Part shown: in pieces, positions 54,977 through 64,000 of the stretch
How the letters are laid out: every line of letters begins with the position of its first letter
Numbering within the stretch: the first letter of the stretch is position 1
Source: Eledone cirrhosa
Taxonomy: Eukaryota
DNA: 64,000 nucleotides
Assembly: GCA_964016885.1 (NCBI GenBank)
Contig: OZ024764.1
Span: forward strand, 19,592,001-19,656,000
Direction of reading: 5' to 3'
Position numbers and translations under genes: made by a program
Notes under the pieces: model-generated
What the model was told of the DNA's origin: nothing
The model's database searches: none
Seen by the model: only the letters and a program-made list of their open reading frames with translations

Positions 54977-55080
54977 TCATCATCATCATCATCATTGCTC
55001 AACGTCCATCCACGGTAGCATGGGTAGGCGGGTTGTCCTGTTTGGGGTAAGTTGGGTCAGGTGACTGTCTTGCTCGTACA
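54977..55080 (-). mobile_element. RTE-tail short element fragment
   Basis: (CAT)n followed by aacgtccatccacggtagcatggg, homologous to 9047-9150. Confidence 0.55.
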
Positions 55081-56278
55081 GTTGGTAGATAGTAGCTTTG
55101 TAGATTAAATGGTAATCTGGTGAACATGTGGTGCAACTAGTTGGTAGATGGTGGTTATCTGGTGAACATGTGGTGCAACTAGTTGGTAGATAGTGGCTAT
55201 CTGGTGAACATGTGGTGCAACTAGATGGTGGCTATCTGGTGAACATGTGGTGCAACTAGTTGGTAGATGGTGGCTATCTGGTGAACATGTGGTGCAACTA
55301 GTTGGTAGATGGTGAACATGTGGTGCAGCTAGTTGGTAGATGGTGGCTATCTGGTGAACATGTGGTGCAACTAGTTGGTAGATGGTGGTTATCTGGTGAA
55401 CATGTGGTGCAACTAGTTGGTAGATGGTGGTTATCTGGTGAACATGTGGTGCAACTAGTTGGTAGATGGTGGCTATCTGGTGAACATGTGGTGCAGCTAG
55501 TTGGTAGATTGTGGTTATCTGGTGAACATGTGGTGCAGCTAGTTGGTAGATGGTGGCTATGTGGTGCAACTAGTTGGTAGATGGTGGCTATCTGGTGAAC
55601 ATGTGGTGCAACTAGTTGGTAGATGGTGAACATGTGGTGCAGCTAGTTGGTAGATTGTGGTTATCTGGTGAACATGTGGTGTAACTAGTTGGAAGATGGT
55701 GGCTATCTGGTGAACATGTGGTGCAACTAGTTGGTAGATTGTGGTTATCTGGTGAACATGTGGTGTAACTAGTTGGAAGATGGTGGCTATCTGGTGAACA
55801 TGTGGTGCAACTAGTTGGTAGATGGTGAACATGTGGTGCAGCTAGTTGGTAGATGGTGGCTATCTGGTGAACATGTGGTGCAGCTAGTTGGTAGATGGTG
55901 GCTATCTGATGAACATGTGGTGCAACTAGTTGGTAGGTGGTGGTTATCTGGTGAACATGTGGTGCAGCTAGTTGGTAGATGGTGGCTATCTGGTGAACAT
56001 GTGGTGCAACTAGTTGGTAGATGGTGGTTATCTGGTGAACATGTGGTACAGCTAGTTGGTAGATTGTGGTTATGTGGTGCAGCTAGTTGGTAGATGGTGG
56101 CTATCTGGTGAACATGTGGTGCAACTAGTTGGTAGATATCTGGTGAACATGTGGTGCAATTAGGTGGTAGCTATCTAGTGAACATGTGTAACCAGTTGGT
56201 AGATGGTAGTTATCTGGTGTAACTAGATGGTGGTTATCAAGTGAACATGTGGTGTAACTAATTGGTAGATGGTAGTTA
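55081..56278. repeat. 42/30-bp minisatellite
   Basis: Unit atctggtgaacatgtggtgcaactagttggtagatggtggct. Confidence 0.92.
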
Positions 56279-56398
56279 AGTTAGAGACAGTTTAAACTGG
56301 ACGTATCCAGCCAGAATTCTCTCACCTCTTTCTGTTCAAACCAGCTGTAATCATACCGATGTTTAGGTAGTGTTCTCAAAATAAATAATGTCAAAATT

Positions 56399-56875
56399 TG
56401 AGGTAAAGACTTTACTGTGACAATACAATAGTATATATAGAGTAATGTAAATGTTATGTGAGATATTATGTGAGGTAAAGCCTTTACTGTGAAAATACAA
56501 TAGTATATATAGAGTAATGTAAATGTTATGTGAGGTATTATGTGAGGTAAAACCTTTACTGTGAAAATACAATAGTATATATAGAGTAATGTAAATGTTA
56601 TGTAAGGTATTATGTGAGGTAAAGCCTTTACTGTGAAAATACAATAGTATATATAGAGTAATGTAAATGTTATGTAAGGTATTATGTGAGGTAAAGCCTT
56701 TACTGTGAAAATACAATAGTATATATAGAGTAATGTAAATGTTATGTAAGGTATTATGTGAGGTAAAGCCTTTACTGTGAAAATACAATAGTATATATAG
56801 AGTAATGTAAATGTTATGTGAGATATTATGTGAGGTAAAGCCTTTACTGTGAAAATACAATAGTATATATAGAGT
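56399..56875 (-). repeat. 72-bp satellite, array C
   Basis: Reverse complement of the array A/B unit. Confidence 0.95.
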
Positions 56876-59800
56876 GGTTTCTTTATTTGCCACTAGGGCA
56901 CAAAAGGTAGGGACAGATACAAGGGGGGAAGTTTACATATAATTAACGAGTACAAAAATATAACAATGAAATAACAACAACAAACGAAGTCCTCAATAGG
57001 GAGGGGGCATTAACATGGGTCGCACACACCCCGGAAAAAGTGTGCAACCCTTCTCCTCAGGAGCACAAAGAGTAGGTGCTTCCCTCGTCTCCTCTTTTTC
57101 CTCTTCTTTCACCTACAGGCTGATATAGAGAGAAGACCCATTTACTCTGGCCATTCTCCCTACTTTCACCCACCTTTCATAAAACTTGCCGGGGTAGAGC
57201 ACTTCTCTCTCCATTCTGATCCTTCTTTTAAAATGGTATTTGAAAAAGGGGACCAGTTGTTGGCCGGAGAGAAAGGTGTCTGACCTCAGCCCTTTCAGCC
57301 TCGTCCACCATACAACTTCTTTAGCCATGGCTATCACACAGAGAAAAACCGCCTCTCCTTCGTTTTTGAAAGGGGAAGGCGGTTTGATCGTGACAATGGA
57401 CTCGGTGGTCAACCGGATTGGTCCCACCCTCGACAGTAGTCATTCCACATAGCCCCACAGGTCAGCAATGCCTGGGCAGTGTACGAATGCGTGCGCAACG
57501 GTTTCGTCATCATGCACGCATCTCGGACAGATCTTATTCAAAGGATCTTTACCCAGGCTCCCATGCCTGTGGAGCTTGTCTCGAACGGGTAGAGCCCCTC
57601 GGTAGCACTGCCAAGCCAGGGACTTTTGGAAGTTGTCCATCGGTCCAGGGCCAAACGTCCTACCAAACAGACTGGCCAGTTCATCTTCCTCCATACCTAG
57701 AGCTTCTCCGAGAGCATCGTCGCACCTGCTGCGTACCAACCCTCTATAGAATGTCGAGGTGGAGTCTCCACTGATTGCCGGGTCCGCTTTCCAGAGGGCC
57801 GTGAGCGCCTGGGCACATTCAATGTGCCAGTCGCCCACTTTTCACGGTCTTTGCTTGACCCAGGATTGCAGCTCGGTGAGCGAGACGAGTCTGGGAAAGG
57901 CTCGCCTCACAAACGGGGCCCACACCGGTTGACCGGTGAGGAATACCTGGAGGTGCCGTAACCTTAATGCGTGTTTATGCATCTGTAGCCACGGCATCCC
58001 CAGCCCTCCTTTCGAAGGGTGTTGACAGCAGATGGATCACCTCACCAAAGAAATTGGAACAGCGCGCACTCCATTTTGGCGAGTCTTTTCACTAGGCAAG
58101 GCACGACGGTCAAGCGGTAGTAGATGACGGATGCTATATAAGTATTCGCCACCTCCGCTCGACCTTTCAGGGATAGTTTGCACTGGGCCCACTTCTGGGT
58201 GAGTGCAAACACCCTGGCCGTTACCTCGTTCCAGTTTTTCTCCACCTGGAGGTCTGGTCCAAACCAGACCCCAAGCAGCTTCACCGGGCCCTCCGTCCAG
58301 CATCCGACGACGTCGTTGGAGGGCATCGGTTTGCCTCTCCATGTTACGAGTTGCAAACCGACGGACTTGTCCCGGTACAGCTTGGCTCCTGTAAACCTTT
58401 CATATTCCTCCAGTAAGGTGCCGATCTCACCGATTTGCGAGGTTTTCGACACCATTACTGTCACGTCATCGGCGTAGGCCGATGCCGCTTTCTGCAATCC
58501 CGGTTCCAAAGGGATGCCCTGCAACCGCTCCAACTTCCGCAGTAGTGGCTCAAGAGCCAGCACATACAGTAGGGAGGAGAGAGGGCATCCCTGTCGGATG
58601 GATCGCATGATTTGGAACGGCTCCGAGAGGTGGCCGTTCACCTTGACCCTTGAGCAGACATTGCTGCTGTGCATCGCAGCAATCCAAACCCTGAAAACGG
58701 GTCCGAAGCCTGCCGCCGCGAGCACCGCATCCAGGTAACGATGGTCAACCCTATCGAAAGCTTTAGATTGATCCAAGTTGATCAGGGCCCCACCAAAGCC
58801 GGGTTCATTCCCTACCCTCTCTATGATGTATCGCATAAGGTGGAGATTGTCGTGAATGGACCTGGACGGGATTGCGCATGTCTGCGCTTCTCCCACCAGG
58901 TTTCCAACGACAAGCGCCAACCTCTTCGCTAACACCTTGGCCAAAATCTTTAACTCTGTATTTAGCAAAGTTATGGGCCTGAAGTTACTTATGTCATCCC
59001 CCTTGTTCTCATCCTTCCTCACCAGCGTAACTACGCCCTTGGTCACAGAACTGGGAATTCTCCCGTTCTGCTGCCAGTTGCAGTAGACCGCTTCGAGGAT
59101 ATCGGAGAACAAGTCCGGCATCGCTACATATAGCTCGTATGGTAGACCATCGAGACCCGGGGATTTGCGTTTGCCGCATTGGCTCAGCGCCGCCCCTATC
59201 TCAGCAGCTGAAATCGTCCTTTCGCAGGACTTCGCCTCCACGTCCGAGAGGCGCGGCAGACCGTCGAGGTATGGATTGAAATCCATAGTCTCACCCGGCG
59301 CGCCGCCCCTCTCGAACAGTCGTGCAAAGTGCCGCTGAAAGGCCGCACACATCTGCCCAGGTTCAAGGATCACATGCCCAAACTGTCCTTCAAAGACCGA
59401 ATCGTGGACTTGTTCCCACTTTTTGCCTTTGTCACTCGGGCCCAGCTCACAGCTTTGGCTTCCTCATTACCCAGAGCACGTATTTTACTCCTGACAACGC
59501 AGCCTTCATGCTTCACCTCAAAGAACTGGTCTAAGGCCATTCTTGATGCCAGCACGCCGGCTACATTGCCACTCCTAATCGCCTCTTCTACTCTATCTAC
59601 TAATTCCCTTTCCGTCTTGTTCCTATCCCTTGCTAATTCCTGACTAAAACCTATCGATTCTATTCTAATTGCTCTCTTAAGAGAGCTCCACCACCTGTTG
59701 TTGACAATTGCCCCTGTCAAACTCTGCTTAACGTGCTAATCCGTTTACTGTAAGCTTTGCTTCTCGGTAAGGACAAGTTCAGCTTCCAGTAACCGGGTCC

Positions 59801-62452
59801 CTGTCTATGGGTTCTATCAAGGTTGGCTATGCAGGTCACTAACTTGTGATCCGAATAGTCAACCATGAACATTTTTGGACAGCTAAATGTGTCCCTATCT
59901 CTAACTAGGACCCTATCTAGGTACGACCTAGATGTTCCGCTGCGATTGGTCCACGTCCATAGTGGTACAGTCGGAAAATCTAGTCGATATCTATCGGCCA
60001 GGTCAAATCAGCCGATTAACCTTTTGAGGCTTTTACACCCCCTCTATTGGCACATGCGCCTACATAGTCCCAACGTGCATCCAGGATACCATTCCAGTCC
60101 CCCACTAAAAGCAAGGAGCGGGACGTTCCCAGAAAAGTTTCCAGACGTTGGAAGTATTCCGGCCGCGCTGCCCAAAAAGGGGCGTACACAGCTATTAGTC
60201 TAAGGGCTCCACTTTCACTACTGCCGACGTCTAAAACCACCAGACGACCCTCTGGGTCCAGGTGCACCTTCTGTATGGCGAGGCCCAGGTGTTTTCGCAG
60301 CAGAACGACAACTCCACTCCCACCCCCCGGTTGACAAAGAGATGCGAAGATCTCAAAGTCGTCGAAGAGGGGCGCCAGGTGGTGCTCGCTGCTGATCCTG
60401 GACTCGCAAATAGCCATTACATACATTCTATGCGACCTGAGATCGTTTAAAAGTTTGCCTTGTTTCCAAGACAGTCCCAGGCCGCGTACATTCAGACACC
60501 CAACTCTTATATCAGCCATGTTGGTTAAAAGAGGAAGGACCTACCTGTTCGGCTCCTGAGGAGCAGGTTGCACAATATCCATGGGCGTATTGGAGGGGTT
60601 GTTTGGTGGGGTGTTGTTCTGTGGTGGAGTGGGGGTGTTTGGTGAGGTGTGGGTGGGGAAACGTTTCAAGAGGACGCGGTTATAGGGTCGAGTACATGTT
60701 TTCCCCACGTCCTCAGGAAAGTTCTCTCTTAGTTTTGCATAGGTGTCCATTGGGAGTCTTATCATTTTTAAATGCGGTTTGTTGGCCGCGCTTGCAAAGA
60801 ATTGCCCTTCAGTTTCCACCGAAGGGTCTTTGTGTATTGTTTTTACTAGTTCTTTGTTATTTGTGTTAATGTATGTATACTGTTTTATTTGTGTTGTGTT
60901 TGTTTGTTGTTCTTGTGTGTGCTTACGTTTTGTTGTATGTGTTATGTTTTGGGGTGGGGCGGATTTTGTTTGTTCTGTTTGTTTTGTTTTTGTTGGTGGT
61001 TGTGTGTTTGTTTCGTTTATGTTCGAGTGGTGCTTTCTTTTTTTCCTTTTTACAGGTTGGAAGGGTTCCCCCTCTTCGTCACTAGGTGCCGTTTCAGCTG
61101 GGTCCTCGTCCGTGCTGTCGGGTAGTGGTGTATTTTGGGGTTTTGTTGTATTTGTGTGTGTTTTGGGAGTTGTTTTGGGTGGGGCCGTGTCTTGTGTTAT
61201 TTTTCCGTGTTGTTTTTGTTGTTGTTGTGGTGGTGGTGGTGGTGGTGTAGGCAAAAGAGCCTTTTTTTTTGTCAATTGAGGACAAGCAGCCCTTAGATGA
61301 CCCCTGCTTGAACAGTAGTAGCATATGGGCCTCCTACCCTCGGCTGAAATGTATATAAATGTTTCTCCATCGAGGGACACCCTCTGGTATTCTAGCTATT
61401 CGTTCTGGTCTCATTTGGACCAGAACCTCCACGCTCAAACCGCCGAAAACGTCTGTGGTGACTTCTCCTACTGAGAGGATTCCGTCCTCGTCTTCTAAAA
61501 ATCCTGTTAGTACCCAGGAAATGCATGCATTTGGCCGGATTCTGGAGACCCTTATTTTCTGCGTTCTTTTCCCTAAATATGTGGGGGAAAATGTATGTAG
61601 CTTGGAAACAATTGGCGCCACAGAGTATTTCCTGGCCGTCAATTGATCCTTCATTAGGACCGTTATATTCCCATAGAGTGGCCCTTTTTGTATGAACGAT
61701 ATATCACTCCACACATTTTTTAGGACCAGCTCAATCTCTTTTTGGGATAATTGAGCTGGTTTCCTTGTTATGTTGGAAATTGTTCTGAAAGATATCGTTC
61801 TTAGCGTCGTGTCTCTTTTGATTTCTTGTGGGGAGGTGATTGTGAAGTCTCCTCCTTCTTTGAAAGTTACATACTGTTTCGCTTCCTTCATCTTTTCTCT
61901 CAGAGTTGTAATGTCCAGTTGCTTGCAGGTTTGTGTTTTCCGGACCGCCTGTGCAAAGGAGGCCCCAGTAGTGGGTTCGCTTTGTTTGGTGTTATCGTTA
62001 TTTTTTCCTTGGTTGGTGTTGTGACTATTGCTGTTATTGTCGTTGTTGTTTTTGTCTGCGTTTATGTGACTTTCTGGGTTTTCACCCATGTTTACAAATT
62101 TTTCTTTTAATTCCGTGTTCCATGTTTCTTTTGCAGAAGTGAGGAGGGAAGACTTAGAGCCTTGTGCTTCTAGCTTCTCTGTATCACCTTTCTTAGGGGG
62201 CGTGGCTTTCACGTTAGGATGAGATGTGAAAATTCCGTCCATTTCTATTAGTTTGCCGTAATAAATTTTTAACTGGAAAATTCGCCCCAAAAAGGGGCGA
62301 AAATAAATAAACTCAAAGTTTGACGACCAGGGCAAGGGGTTAACGTATATTACAGTATAAAAAATTAATCAAAACTCACTTTTTGAGTAAGTAAATCCGA
62401 CTCGGTAGCCGAGCTTGTTCACACACGTCAACACACGTCTCTCGTATACGAG
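56876..62452 (-). mobile_element. Full-length Tx1-like retrotransposon, copy 2
   Basis: Very similar to copy 1 throughout. ORF1 62242 to 60541 (frameshift ~61385) and disrupted ORF2 60519 to 57113. Termini are identical to copy 1. Confidence 0.92.
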
Positions 62453-62920
62453 ATGTTATGTGAGGTAAAGCCTTTACTGTGACAATACAATAGTATATGT
62501 AGAGTAATGTAAATGTTATGTAAGGTATTATGTGAGGTAAAGCCTTTACTGTGACAATACAATAGTATATATAGAGTAATGTAAATGTTATGTGAGATAT
62601 TATGTGAGGTAAAGCCTTTACTGTGAAAGTACAATAGTATATATAGAGTAATGTAAATGTTATGTGAGGTAAAGCCTTTACTGTGAAAATACAATAGTGA
62701 ATATAGAGTAATGTAAATGTTATGTGAGATATTATGTGAGGTAAAGCCTTTACTGTGAAAGTACAATAGTATATATAGAGTAATGTAAATGTTATGTGAG
62801 GTAAAGCCTTTACTGTGAAAATACAATAGTATATATAGAGTAATGTAAATGTTATGTGAGATATTATGTAAGGTAAAGCCTTTACTGTGACAATACAATA
62901 GTATATATAGAGTAATGTAA
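62453..62920 (-). repeat. 72/60-bp satellite, array D
   Basis: Same unit, starting directly inside the left TIR. Confidence 0.95.
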
Positions 62921-63159
62921 ATGGTAAAGGGTTAAGGAATGCCATGTACCTCTTTAGGATGCAGATTTCAAACATCAAATTTGTTTTTCTCTTGGACACA
63001 CAATTTTGCAGCCTTTACATAGACATTCTCAAATATATAGTAGATATTTTGTTAAATAATGGCATTATTATTTTTCTTTTGTGCCCCAAACCCTTCGTTT
63101 TTCTCTAGAACTTAACATTCCAGAGCTTTTCACTGACACACACACATAAAGATAAAGGT

Positions 63160-63415
63160 CCCATAACTCCTAGTGGAGTCTTAGAGGCACCACCAAATGG
63201 GGTGTCTAGGGCACTTTTAAACCTGGGAAGCCCAGCCCTCTCTAGGTCTGAACACAGCAAATTTTTTCTATAGAAGAAGAATCAAGCCCAGTATTGGACT
63301 GGTACTTTTTATTTTATCGATCATGGCGGGATTTGAACTCAGAGCGCGTATTGAGGTGGGACAAATACCATAAAGCATTCTATCCGTCTTAACGACTCTG
63401 GCAATTAGCGCCTTA
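63160..63415 (-). mobile_element. SINE (same family as 18785-19015)
   Basis: Shared ccataactcc..gtctagggcact..ggtctgaacacagc..ggcgggatttgaactcagagc. Confidence 0.7.
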
Positions 63416-63429
63416 CACTCACACAGTAG

Positions 63430-63600
63430 ATCATCATCATTTCATTTTACGTCCGCTTTTTCCCTGCTTGCAAGGGTGGGACGGGAACTGATTCTGGCTT
63501 GATTTCTACAGCTGGATGCCCTTCCTAACACCAACCTCATTTACAGTGAGTGCTGGGTGCTTTTTTGCCGTGGCACCTCCACAACCACTTTGCAGTGGAA
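63430..63600 (-). mobile_element. RTE-tail short element
   Basis: Reverse complement ends cccacccttgcaagcaggga..gcggacgtaaaatga, matching the LINE tail at 46830-46866. Confidence 0.75.
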
Positions 63601-63644
63601 TGATAGGGACCCCAGTCCTATCATCTCATTTCTACAGCTGAGTA

Positions 63645-64000
63645 AACTGGAGCAATGTGAAATAAAGTGCCTTGCTCAAGGAAACAACACATCACCCGGT
63701 CTGAGAATTAAACTCACAACCTTTCGATTGCAAGGCCAATGCTCTAACCACTAAGCCATGTGCCTCCATCCTTTCAATTGCAAGGCCAATGCTCTAACCA
63801 CTAAGCCATGTGCCTCCATCCTTTCCATTGCAAGGCCAATGCTCTAACCAGTAAGCCATGTGCCTCCATCCTTTTGATTGCAAGGCCAATGCTCTAACCA
63901 CTAAGCCATGTGCCTCCATCCTTTCCATTGCAAGGCCAATGCTCTAACCACTAAGCCATGTGCCTCCATCCTTTCCATTGCAAGGCCAATGCTCTAACCA
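63645..64000 (-). repeat. tRNA-SINE whose 50-bp head is tandemly amplified
   Basis: SINE body 63645-63768. Unit cctttccattgcaaggccaatgctctaaccactaagccatgtgcctccat repeats to the window end. Confidence 0.85.

Larger units (their letters stand above)
56291..62935 (-). mobile_element. Second TTAA MITE host: left TIR, satellite, Tx1 insertion and right arm
   Basis: Reverse complement begins TTAA-ccctttaccatttacattactct (62935 downward). The right arm 56291-56400 is homologous to 34950-35065 but lacks the terminal TIR bases. Confidence 0.7.

Overview
Repeat-dense animal genomic DNA. The tandem C2H2 genes, RTE LINEs and SINE types suggest a coleoid cephalopod such as Octopus (inference). Host genes: two divergently oriented C2H2 zinc-finger genes whose whole ORF sits in one exon (12 fingers on -, 14 fingers on +), a one-finger remnant, and a probable shared ETS/NRF1-type bidirectional promoter near 24.2 kb. 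The rest is transposon and satellite DNA: CRE-like RLE tails, a hAT with TSD, several RTE LINEs (one nearly intact, with a PHD finger), Merlin and pogo MITEs, SINEs, and many minisatellites that visibly derive from TE segments. Two things stand out. (1) Two full-length Tx1/L1-clade retrotransposons sit in inverted orientation with identical 5' and 3' junctions at the same phase of a 72/60-bp satellite, and that satellite is the amplified interior of a TTAA-flanked MITE. (2) A palindrome-rich 19-26 kb zone holds several minimal type I hammerhead ribozymes of the Penelope-associated kind. Identity estimates were made by eye and no searches were run.
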